A stretch of 64,000 nt of DNA, taken from Octopus vulgaris (lineage: Eukaryota). Numbering within the stretch: the stretch's first letter is position 1; each line of letters starts with the position of its first letter. Location of the stretch: assembly GCA_951406725.2 (NCBI GenBank), contig OX597814.1, positions 209,746,001 through 209,810,000 of the forward strand, written 5' to 3'. Position numbers and translations under genes: made by a program. Of the stretch, positions 1 to 11,112 are shown in pieces. The notes beneath the pieces are model-generated. The model was not told the origin of the DNA. It saw only the letters and a program-made list of their open reading frames with translations, and did no database searches.

Positions 1-900
1 TTTAATTACATTAACTTCTTCACGTGACATTCCCACTTTATTCATTGCGAAAATAAGTGCTTTATTAAACACAATTTCATTAATAGAAGAATAATAATTA
101 TCTATATCTATTTGAATAAATTTAAAACGATTTTTATCTTTAATATTATTAAACCATCTCAATGTATTGTTATTACTAAACCATAATTTTAAATAATTAA
201 GTTTATTTAATTTATTGATATATTTATCTAAAATAAATTTACTTAATTTACCTAAGTCAGATTTACATGGGCAAATTAATCTAACTTTAGGGTCTGTATA
301 AAAATTATCTTTATGGTCTTTAAGAGTAATTCTGGGGTTCAAAGGTACATATGGTTCAGTTTTATTATCCAATTCATATTTTAACATTACTAATTTAGAG
401 GCCTTATTAATATTATAAAGTATATCATCTGGAACAATTTTATATTTTTTAATTATTTCTTTCCCTAAAAGTTTATCATATAAATTAACATCTAATTTAT
501 ATAAATTCCTAGTTTTATCAGATTGTACTATAATACCATCCATATTTCTCATATCTTTAATTTTAATTGCTAGGTTTCTTAAATATTCATTATTTCTATT
601 TGGGTATTTATAGAATTCAATATTTTTTACTACCTTCCATATATTATCTTCTAGTAATTGTAATTCTTTATTAAATGGAGGTTCCTTTCTAGATTTAAAT
701 TTAGAGGTAAAATTATCATTCCTACTATCATTATCATTAAATAAATAAAAATTATAGTAATAAGCTTTCCATTTAATTCTAGAAATAAAATCTTTAACAT
801 TATTAATAAGTTTCAAAATAAATTCCTTTCTAGAAGGTATAGGAATATCTTTCAAAGATGAATCCCAAAACAGTGGTTCAATCTTACCTGTAAATTCCAT
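1..900 (-). mobile_element. Penelope-like element (PLE) reverse transcriptase ORF, N-terminal 300 codons, open to the window edge
   Basis: Manual translation from ATG at 900 gives 300 stop-free codons: MEFTGKIEPLFWDSSLKDIPIPSRKEFILKLINNVKDFISRIKWKAY...IIVQSDKTRNLYKLD...ITLKDHKDNFYTDPKVRLICPCKSDLGKLSK...LRWFNNIKDKNRFKFIQIDIDNYYSSI. The xDKT, K-x-H-K...RLI and F-x-x-x-D-I-x-x-x-Y-x-S-I (motif A) signatures fit invertebrate PLE RTs. Absent from the ORF track because no stop is reached. Confidence 0.85.
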
Positions 901-1043
901 AATTACGAAATTGAGGTATTACACTCAATATACAAAATTATCAATATATTAAATAATAATAAATATTAGGGAATGAATCCAAATTACAGGGAAAAATCAG
1001 ATTTAGGGTTAAATCCAATTTATAATATATATGTATACATACA

Positions 1044-1089
<46 letters not shown>

Positions 1090-1124
1090 CGTACATACAT
1101 ACATATATAACCTCCACATCGTGC

Positions 1125-3600
1125 AAATGATGTATCGGTCACCGCGGTGCTGGAGAGGATAGAGTTTCAATGCTATAAGGCAGTCTCAATGATCATGATC
1201 AGTCATGCCCTTTATTCTTTTAGTCAATGACCTCTGAGGTGATTCAATTTTAGATATGTTTTGTATGGGGAGACCACAGGGGGCAACGGTATTCGAGATG
1301 TAGCTGTACAAAGGACGGGAAAAGAGGAATCATGGTATCTTGTTCTGTGGGCCGGAAGGTGCATAGGATATCCAGGAGCTCATCCTTCGACCTATATCGA
1401 CTTTATTGTTTGAGTGAGCACTCCAGCTGACTTTGTTATCAACAATCACTCTAAGTTCTCTGATATTATTAGATGCCCTGAAGGAAGAGAGTATGGTTGT
1501 TTCAGCATAGTCTTTCTTCCAAATTTTCACTCGTTTTAGTTGCATTTTCTTTTTGTCGGGCCATTGACTCTCAGCATGTAGATCAGAATGGAGTTCAGTT
1601 CGGTCTTCTTCTCCATTGATAATTTTCTGGAGCTTGGAGTCATCAACGAATATTTTTACTTTACTGTATTTTGTGACGCAAGAAAGGTCAAATATGTAGA
1701 CTATAAAGAGTAGCTAGCCCAAGACAGTAGCCTGAGGGACACCACTGGTGACTTTTGCTAGGCTTGAGTGGATTCCACCGATCACAATACTCAATCCAGT
1801 GTAGTAGTTTCCTACGGATTCCAACATTTGACAATTTTGACTGTAGGATATTATGGCCAGCTCTATCGAACGCTTTACTGAAGTCAAGATATATGACATC
1901 AGATTTCGAATCTGATCCCAAGGCTAAAAGGATATCATCGATAAGAGCTGTGTTGGACAGTCCCTGCCGCAGCGAAAGCCATGCTGGTTTGACATTAGGA
2001 GATTGAGGCTTTCCAGGAAGCCAGCTATCCTTGATCTCACCACCCTTTCAAACACTTTAATGATATGGGAGGTGAGTGAGATTGAGCGATAGTTGACTGC
2101 GAGGGATCTGTTTCCCTGTTTGAAAACCGGGATAACAAACTGGGATAAGAGCTGTTTCGGTATATAACCTGAGTCTAAAGAATTTCTCTAGAAGTTGGTC
2201 AGAGGACTGCATGTTAGTGTCTACATTCCTTCAGGAGACTAGCGGGGAATCTATCAGGGCCCACAACTGAATAGTATTTGATCTTATTTATTGCTGCTAT
2301 GATGTCTGAAGCAGTAAAGGTCATGTCCGAGATTACATGTTGGGAAACGATTTCGTTCACTTTACTTCCGTCAATATCAGTGAAATCACTAAAGACAGAG
2401 CTGTATCGTTTCTGCAGTACTCCTGTTATTTCTTTAGCATCATTTTGGTGACTGCCTGTATCCTCGATAAATTGACCACTGGGTGAGATGGCGGCCCTTT
2501 GCTTATTTGTATATGACTAGAACACTTTTGGGCTCTGTTTGATTATTTTGATTACCCACATTTCTTCTGCAACTCTTTGATTTTCAATTCAGGTTTTCAT
2601 GTTGGTCTGCAGATGAAGCTTTTCCAACTCCAGCCTTTTCATTGTTGTTGAATGTAGATATTATATGTAGGAGTATTTTAATTGGTTGATTATATTTATT
2701 AAGTCTTTTGGGGTGCCTGAGGAGTGTTCTTTTTCTCTCTTGAAAGCCAGTCTCCGTTTGTGTTAGTGGATTTCATAGGAGCATGTCTTGAGCATGTGGA
2801 TGTGACAATGTCCCCAAAGTACTGCCACGTGGCTTCAATGTTAGTGGAACCGAGAGTGAAGGACCAGTCGATAAAGGACAGGCCCTTTCTGCTTGCTCCC
2901 CAGTCCGCCTTGGGGAAGTTTATGTTGTCAATTAAGTGCAGTGGAGTGTGATTGGCTGGTTTGGTTTTGGTACGCCGGAAATTAAAGCTGCAGAGTATCA
3001 TGTCTTGGTCTGAGAGGAGAATCTTTTCAACTGAAATACTGTGAATGGAGCTAGAGTGGTTTGTTAATATTAGATCCAAGATCCTTTTATTCTGTCTTGT
3101 TGGTTCGAGCACTAGCTGTGCCAGGAAAAATTCATCCATTAGATTAAAGTGTAATTCTGTTGCTGCTTTGTCTGGTGTAGTGAAGTTGCATAACTTCAGA
3201 ATATTTGTGAGCTAGTTTATATAAGGGAGGTTAAAATCACCCATAATAGTGTTTCCAGTGTCGGAGTTTTGATAGAAGGACTTGATTTTGTTGAGGCATT
3301 CTTCAAAGCACTTTAGAGGTTCTTAGGGAGGCCCGTAGAGACCAATATTGATTATGTCGTTGGCCTTGTTGAATAGTGATATGGATTCACAGTAACCATT
3401 TGAAAATATGTCTTTGGCATCAACTGAAAAAGAGTCATGGAAAAAGATAGCTGTTCCTCCTTTATTTCGGTTTGTGCAATTTTCACGGATGATGGTGAAG
3501 TTTTTTATTTCCACCTTGGCATCCATGTGAGTGCTGTTTAGGTAAGTTTTAGTAAGGATACAGAAAGGGATTTAGTGCGCCGTTTTGGCAAGCCAACTGT
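1125..3600 (-). mobile_element. Degenerate CR1/L2-group LINE (APE endonuclease + RT), frameshifted
   Basis: Minus-strand fragments: GGTAIFFHDS...IGLYGPP and QLVLEPTRQNKRILDLILTN (APE endonuclease); DVIYLDFSKAFDRAGHNILQSKL and TSGVPQATVLG (RT); FVDDSKL near 1635-1655; RELRVIVDNKVSWSAH (CR1-type C-terminal region). Multiple stops and frameshifts; boundaries approximate. Confidence 0.85.
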
Positions 3601-3713
3601 CAGGAGTAACTTCTATCTTTTTACACTCTAATACCTTTCTCTCTCTATCACCCTTTATAATCCCACTCCTACCTTCAAATTATCTCCACTGACCGCTAAC
3701 TGGTACACTTTCT

Positions 3714-3760
<47 letters not shown>

Positions 3761-3761
3761 T

Positions 3762-3921
3762 TTACTTGTTTCAGTCATTTGACTGAGGCCATGCTGGAGC
3801 ACCGCCTTTAGTCGAGCAACTAGACCCCGGGACTTATTCTTTTGTAAGCCCAGTACTTATTCTATCGGTGTCTTTTGCCGAACAGCTAAGCGACGGGGAC
3901 GTAAACACACCAGCATCGGTT
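3762..3921 (-). mobile_element. tRNA-derived SINE family A, 3' fragment
   Basis: Near-identical to 5316-5475 and 13086-13310 (ttacttgtttcagtcatttgactg...ccatgctggagcaccgcctttagtcgagc...). Confidence 0.85.
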
Positions 3922-4976
3922 CTCTTTATTTCTATTTTTATTTCTTTCTTTTATTCCTCTCTTCCTGTTTTTTAATTTTTCATTATTTCATTATTTTTTC
4001 TTACTTTCTTCTCCTCTCTTATTTCTCTTTTTTCTCTTCTTTTTCTCTTTCTTTATTCCTTTTGCACTAAATCACTAAATCATCCATAACTTTTGTATTA
4101 TTCTCTCAAATTACACCAAAATCTCATCTCAGACAATAACAAATAATATCGTATTTATTGTCTGTGAAAATTATAGAATATAAAACAACTTTGATAAAAA
4201 ATTATACCTACTTTTCTGACGTTCTGAACATTCTGGCCGCAACTGTATATATACGTCTAATATATACATATGTATACATCTTCACATATATATTTTCTTA
4301 TATTACTTATTACAACCTGCCAAACCATTTAAATCCCTAAATTCGTCATTCCTTACTACCGATCCTCTCTTCGCCCCATCACTTAGTCTCTACCATTAGA
4401 CATTTGTCACTCCTTTACCTTTTATCTCCCAACATTCCTTCTATCTTTTTACACTCTGATATCTTTCTCTCTCTCTATCACCCTTTATAATCTCACTCCT
4501 ACCTTCAAATTATCTCCACTGACCACTAACTGGTACACCTTCCCTTATCTATATCTTTCATTTTCCTATTCTTTCTCTTTCTTTCCTTTATTCCTCTCTT
4601 CCTGTTTTTTATTCTTTAATTTCTATTATTGTATTATTTTTCTTCTTACTTTCTTCTCCTCTCTTATTTCTCTTTTTTTTTCTTCCTTTTCTCTTTCTTT
4701 ACTCCCCTCGTCCTGTTTTCGATTTGACCCTACTAATACACACCCTACTTTTTGGTCACTTTAAATAAAACCCTTGATTCATTAACACTTTGTATAAACT
4801 CTATACTTGGAATGACCAATTTTAAATACTATTGGATTTTACTCATAAGGTATTGGAATCTTATATGTATATCATTCTGCCTAAGAAATGGATCTAAAAA
4901 GACAATATCCCTACATATCTCACATCTATTTTGTATCTTATCTAAATTAACTATTGCTTAACCATCGTCTCACACC

Positions 4977-5024
4977 GTCTCCGATGAAGGGATATAGTAA
5001 ATATCCTGGAAACTGCTGTAAGAC
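4977..5024 (+). ncRNA. Type I hammerhead ribozyme motif, CCGAUGA core variant
   Basis: gtct-CCGATGA-a-gggatat(agtaa)atatcct-g-GAAAC-tgct-GTA-agac: helix I gtct/agac, helix II gggatat/atatcct, minimal helix III; predicted cleavage after A5020. Confidence 0.7.
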
Positions 5025-5259
5025 CTTCTATCTATAAATGTTCTAAGATTTACACATCCTTGTTTTTTTTTATTTCATTACGAAAAAACAATTATATACA
5101 CACGCTGACATGGGACCAACGTTGAACACTTTATTCGCATAATCACCAAACCTGGAAATTAATTATGGTCTATCTATAGCACTTATTCAGCATTACCTGA
5201 CACCTTTGGGTCTCAATGACACCATTACCTCTCATAACCTATACACACACACACACACG

Positions 5260-5296
<37 letters not shown>

Positions 5297-5510
5297 CTTT
5301 TACTTTTTTACTCTTTTACTTGTTTCAGTCATTTGACTGCTGCCATGCTGGACCACCGCCTTTAGTCAAGTAAATCGACCCCGGGACTTATTCTTTGTAA
5401 GACCAGTACTTATTCTATCGGTCTCTTTTGCCGAACCGCTAAGTGACAGGGACGTAAACACACCAGCATCGGTTGTCAAGCAATGCTAGGGGGGACAAAC
5501 ACATACACAT

Positions 5511-5584
<74 letters not shown>

Positions 5585-5746
5585 GAGAAGGCTTCTTTCA
5601 GTTTCCGTCTACCAAATCCACTCACAAGGCTTTGGTCGGCCCGGGGCTATAGCAGAAGACACTTGCCCAAGATGCCACGCAGTAGGACTGAACCCGGAAC
5701 CATGTGGTTGGTTAGCAAGCTACTTACCACAAAGCCACTCCTGCGC
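5297..5746 (-). mobile_element. tRNA-derived SINE family A, full length with internal (CA)n(TA)n
   Basis: Minus strand begins gcgcaggagtggctttgtggtaagtagcttgc...ggttccgggttcagtcc (Pol III A/B box-like), then an internal microsatellite and the shared body and tail. Multiple copies in the window. Confidence 0.88.
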
Positions 5747-5969
5747 ATATATATATATATGAATGAGTAATAGATGAGTGTACACATACTAAACTCTTAC
5801 AGCCGTAAGGAGTATAATGGAAACACGATGTAAACCGCAGCCTGCGGAAATTTCTCCTGAGTGTAGCTTTATTTATTTATTTATTTACCACATGACAGAA
5901 TACCATGGATTATAATAAAAAATTAAAATGAAGTTCTTACCATTCCTTACTATTTCTATTTTGTTTTTC

Positions 5970-6172
5970 CAGTTTCAGCTCTTGAGCTGTGGCCATGTTG
6001 GGGCACCGCCATTGTGGTGAAAGAGTACAGCAGGGATCACCACCCCCTGCCGGAGCCTCGTAGAGCTTTTAGGTGTTTTCGCTCAATAAACACACACACA
6101 CGCCCGGTCTGAGAATCGAAACCGCGATCCTGCGACCGCGAGTCCGCTGCCCTAACCACTAGGCCATTGCGG
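5970..6172 (-). mobile_element. Chimeric SINE fragment: family C 5' half joined to a family A-like tail
   Basis: 6012-6172 matches 53936-54100; 5970-6011 resembles the family A tail (tttcag...gctgtggccatgttggggcaccgcc). Confidence 0.7.
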
Positions 6173-6336
6173 CTCTGTAATTTCTATTACATTATTTCTA
6201 TCTTATTTTATTTTACCCTACTCTATTATTATAACTTATTTTCCCACATGTTATTTTCCTAACCTTTGGACTCTCTAAAGAAGAATTGGGGCTCAACCAA
6301 TCCCTGTCCAATGTTTGTTCATCCCTGTATATCACT

Positions 6337-6397
6337 GACGTGATGAGGATAACTTGGAAGATTTGGCTGCTTCATGGTAGAAACGGCTGTAAGCGTT
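6337..6397 (+). ncRNA. Degenerate type I hammerhead motif
   Basis: gacg-TGATGA-gg...a-GAAAC-ggct-GTA-agcgtt; core C3 lost and helix II poorly paired. Confidence 0.4.
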
Positions 6398-6751
6398 TAG
6401 CATTTGTACACTCATCTATTATACCTTTATTTCGCTCTATATATCTGTTTACGTATCTATTGACTTAATTTCATTCGTTTACTTGAATCATTTACACATA
6501 TTTTTGTAATCAATTAATAAATAGATATAATTGAATGTTTAGTGGCTGATGTCTTTCGATTGTTTATCCCCTCCACTTTCTTATTTGACTTATAAATCCT
6601 GGGTAAATTTCTAATTTACCCCCGCCTATACCTAGTATTCAATTGCGATATTGCCATCCAATAGTAAGCACTTGGTTATAAATACGTAGGTACACATCGA
6701 GTAGTATATTGGATATTTCATATCCCTTAGATGGTTTCTTAACATCTAACT

Positions 6752-6887
<136 letters not shown>

Positions 6888-6899
6888 CATACACACACG

Positions 6900-7960
6900 T
6901 ACGTAAACGTGTTCGTTGTGTTCGTATGCTCAAATAGCATCGGGAGTTGAATGTTCTCCAGCGGTATTATTCAGAGCGAAACTCCACTCTTCCCAGATGA
7001 CATCCATCTCAGTCAAGTTTTCACGTACGGTACTTTGTCACAACTTCCCCATCCTGCCTCTACTTTTCCTCTCCCTTTATCCTTTTATCTGACGGCTGTA
7101 TTTGCCCGTATTTCAAACGGTAAGTGCAATACATGGCCATGTTGTTTCCTTCGTCCATCTGTGATGGTGTCTTGTATTTTACTTAGGTCAGCTCTTTTAT
7201 GATTTCATCAAGTTGATCTTCAGGAATTCCAAGATACGAGTGATGAAAAACGTTTGTCATATTGCAAATCGTGTCCTTCTGCCTCCATGTTTTGCTCGTA
7301 TACAATGCCATATGAATTATAAAAGAGGTATATATATGAAAATATGTTATCAACAGGAGCAATATTAATACCGAGAGGTAACATTTATCCTCACTTAAAC
7401 ATGGATGTTCTGTTAGAACAAACCATACTGCTGTACGTATCATGGGAGAAACTCTTACATTGGCTTTTGGTGCAAAATGCACTCCTGTTTATATCGCGAG
7501 TGGTGAAATAAATCTCCACCACCTCCAGCGCCGACAACACTAGATCACGTAATTGCCACCGTCGTATATAGATGAAGTTTAATCCCTCGGCAAATGGTAG
7601 ATTATGACCACAGAGTCTAAAACCATCATCACTTCTAAAACTATCATCAATGAGTCTAAAACTATCATCACTTCTAAAATTATCATCACTTTGCCCATGT
7701 CTGCTTTTCCATCGATGTCAATGTTAGTGCCTAGGTATGAAAAAGAATCGACAAAATTGATATTTTGTCCACCAAGGTTGAGGGGTTTACGCTCATATTC
7801 GCCGATAAGGTATTATTTTTTGACAAGTATTGATATGGAGACCAAATCAGGAACTGATGACACAAAGAGCTATCACTGATCAGAGCAATGTCTGCAAAAC
7901 AAAGACCTGTCAGTTTGCTATGCCTCCGGCTAATCCTTAAGGTCGGGTTATTCATGGCCT
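6900..7960 (-). mobile_element. Degenerate RTE-group LINE, RT 3' part
   Basis: Minus-strand fragments LTGLCFADIALISD (YADD-like), a YLG motif near 7720-7745 and LYTSKTW (LYGSETW-like); many stops. Confidence 0.6.
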
Positions 7961-8846
7961 GTTTCACAATAAATCAACTGCGAACACGAAAAAAATTGGT
8001 GCTAATGTAAGACACAGTAGTGTTTACGTTTTTGGTTTCTACACACGAACTAAACTTTAGGGTGAGTCAGCGCATGACACTGACAGACTTTCATGGTGCT
8101 CTATAGAGTTTGACTCTGAATGGACACTTTTTTGAAATCGATAAAGTTAACTATGAACAAGTTCTAAAATTTTATTCAGCAAATGTTGTGAAAGGCGTGT
8201 ATCGTTTCTATCCAAGACTTCCATTTTCGAGACACCGCCCAATGATTCAGTAATGAAATAAATGTAGATATCATATTAACTTTATGAAAAATACTTTCGC
8301 AGTCATCATATAATAACGATTATATATAAAAGCAAATTTAATAAAATTTAAAAAGACACCGTCTAACGAGCAGAACGTTCATTCTAAAGTTACGTAATTT
8401 TTCTGTAATCTGATGTTATAAATTTTTGTAACTGAAATCTTGAAAACAAGAGAGATGATTATCAGAAATAATTGAATTTAAACTGACTTTTTGATCTAAC
8501 CGTTCAGATAAATTAAATGCTTTTGAATTTAGATAGCTTGCTAGCAAAAAAAATAAGTAGATAAATAAAAAAGCACAAAACATGATAGAATTATTGTCTG
8601 CCCAGTCGCATCGCATAGCAAAACACATACATATACACATAGCATATATATATTCACACACAGACAAATGCAGAACACAGACGTGCACAAATTTATCCTT
8701 CCATGATATCTATCTATCTATCTTTCTGTCTGTCTGTCTGTCTGTCTGTCCGTCCGTCCGTCCGTCAGTCTGTCTGTCTGTCTGTCTGTCTGTCTTTCTT
8801 TCTGTTTGTCTGTTTTTCTATCTGTCTTTCTACATAGCTATATTTT

Positions 8847-9005
8847 CACTTGTTTCAGTCATTACACTTTGGCCATGCTGGGGCACCACCGTCAAGATAT
8901 AAATCGAACAAATTGACTCCAGTACATTTTAAAGTCTGGTGCATATTCTGCTAAGTTACAGGGACGTAAACATACCAACACCAGTTGTCAAGCAGTGGTG
9001 ATGAG
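8847..9005 (-). mobile_element. Diverged SINE family A 3' fragment
   Basis: cacttgtttcagtcatt...ggccatgctggggcaccacc...gctaagttacagggacgtaaacataccaacaccagttgtcaagc matches family A. Confidence 0.75.
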
Positions 9006-9134
9006 TAAACACGGAAACAAGGGCCATCCCTCACACACACATACACATATATACATGTCACTTCAGCCATGTATACGCATACATGCTTTTCTCGGACTAT
9101 TTTTTCTTTCTCTCCGGACCTTTGCTCTTTCCTC

Positions 9135-9170
9135 CTCTTGACAAAGATCTATACTCGAAACGTCACACCT
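9135..9170 (+). ncRNA. Degenerate minimal hammerhead (same family as 62798-62838)
   Basis: TTGACAAagatctatactcGAAACGTCacacctcc aligns with CCGACGAagagctccgctcGAAACGTCataccctcc (minus strand at 62.8 kb); core mutated. Confidence 0.45.
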
Positions 9171-9239
9171 CCTTCCTTTTCACAGTGTAAGTCCTTTTGA
9201 CTTTAGTTGCTTTTGCTTTTATTCTGATTTGCCTCTCTT

Positions 9240-9296
<57 letters not shown>

Positions 9297-9324
9297 CTAT
9301 CTATAGATATGTATATTATATTTA

Positions 9325-9486
9325 TTTATATTAAGGGCATTACTATACACAAATGCTTCACGCTAGGAGGGACTCTTAAAATCAAAACTACTATAATAAA
9401 TAAATGTTTATTTATTATGGTAGTTTTGACTGTGAGAGTCCCTCCCAGCGTGAGGCATTTATGTATAGTAATGCCCTTAATATAAA
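9325..9486. repeat. Near-perfect ~160-bp palindrome (foldback hairpin)
   Basis: tttatattaagggcattactatacacaaatgcttcacgctaggagggactct...actactataataaataaa pairs with tttatttattatggtagt...agagtccctcccagcgtgaggcatttatgtatagtaatgcccttaatataaa, with a handful of mismatches and almost no loop. Confidence 0.9.
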
Positions 9487-9641
9487 AATAGAAATAAATA
9501 AATTTAAGAGGAATAATTGATGGATTTTTTCTCTTATGAGGTTTTTCACGCTAACTACTTGATACATTCTTATAAAGATTTTTTCATATTTTTCAATTAT
9601 CTATATTATATGTGTGTGTATGCATACATATACACACACGC

Positions 9642-9674
<33 letters not shown>

Positions 9675-10059
9675 TATATATAATCTACAATAGTTTGATT
9701 CAGCTCAATAAAAATAAAAGTTTCGTATGCTCATTAGGGGAATCTAGCACGTGGGGATTGGCCGGCTGCCTGAAACAGACAAGCTGTGCACCTCTTACGA
9801 ACCTACGGAATTTTGAGTTGCATGGGGCCGAATCAGACTGTTTTAGATAATAATATATGTAATTCTCACGCAGTGTATTGAGTCGACCAAATCGACACAC
9901 ACGTATTTCGTCCCCCACCGCCGGAGAAGACAGCTGGCCAAGGTGCTACGCAGAGAGACTTCTCCCAGGAACATGCGTTTGGGAAGCAAGCTTCTTACCA
10001 TACATCCACTCTGCCTCTCTTTCTATTTGTTTCTCTCTGGGTCTCTGTCTCTGTCTCTG

Positions 10060-10131
<72 letters not shown>

Positions 10132-10144
10132 CATACACACACAC

Positions 10145-10208
<64 letters not shown>

Positions 10209-10429
10209 CCTGTAGCTTTCGTACTGGTACTAGTTAAAGAGTATATATAGAATGAACATTGACTGTATAATTTTACTTTATACACGACCAGCACTGGACA
10301 CTCAAGAGTTCATTACTGGTATCATTCTATTATTATTGTTATAAGCAAATATACCACACAACAAATCCTGAATATAATCTAGATGTTTAGTTGACTTTGA
10401 CCTCACTACTTACTCACACAATGTTGTTG

Positions 10430-10709
10430 TTTGTTCCTTCTCGAGCCATGCCTGGCTCATAAGGCTCATTGGCGTATAGGTTTCCCACCTGGACGGGATG
10501 CTGGTCCATTGCAGGTGAGCTGCTAGATGTAGGAAGAAAGAGAGAGAGAGAAAGTTGTGGCGAAAGAGCCAGCAGAAGATCGCCATTCTGCCGGTGCTAC
10601 GTGGAGCTTAGGTGTTTTGCTCATTAACACACACATCACCCGATCTGAGATTCGAACCCGCGATCCCTCGACCGCGAGTCTGCTGCTGTAACCACTCGGA
10701 CATGTGCCT

Positions 10710-10712
<3 letters not shown>
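10430..10712 (-). mobile_element. tRNA-derived SINE, family C-related variant
   Basis: Minus-strand head gtggaggcacatgtccgagtggttacagcagcagactcgcggtcgagggatcgcgggttcgaatctcagatcggg is homologous to the 54102 head; 3' part differs. Confidence 0.75.
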
Positions 10713-10750
<38 letters not shown>

Positions 10751-10857
10751 TACACAAACTCACAGGCACGCACACACAGACACAGACACACACAGATACA
10801 CAAACTCACAGGCACGCACACACAGACACAGACACACACAGACACACAAACACACAG

Positions 10858-10892
<35 letters not shown>

Positions 10893-10911
10893 CACAATAT
10901 AGTACTTACAA

Positions 10912-11112
10912 AGACGGCGAGCTAGCAGAATTAACACACCGAATCAATTGCTCAGAGGCTTTTCGTCCGCCATTACGTTCTGAGTTCAAATTCCGCCAAG
11001 GTCATCTTTGCTTTCATCCTTTCTTGGACAATGGAATAAATACCAGTTTAAAACTGGGGTCGATGTAACCAACTGCCTCGAAATTGCCTGTCTTGTGCCA
11101 CAATTTGAAATC
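10912..11112 (+). mobile_element. tRNA-derived SINE family B
   Basis: ggcgagctagcagaa...cgttctgagttcaaattccgccaaggtcatctttgctttcatcc...taccagt...ctggggtcgatgtaa is the reverse complement of copies at 15.0-15.6 kb and 50.5 kb. Confidence 0.8.

Larger units (their letters stand above)
3611..5100 (+). mobile_element. PLE 3' end / pseudo-LTR region with partial direct repeat
   Basis: 3611-3720 plus 3921-4060 repeats at 4439-4707; the first copy is interrupted by (TA)n and a SINE fragment. The region ends in a hammerhead motif at 4977-5024, as PLE pLTRs typically do. Confidence 0.55.
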
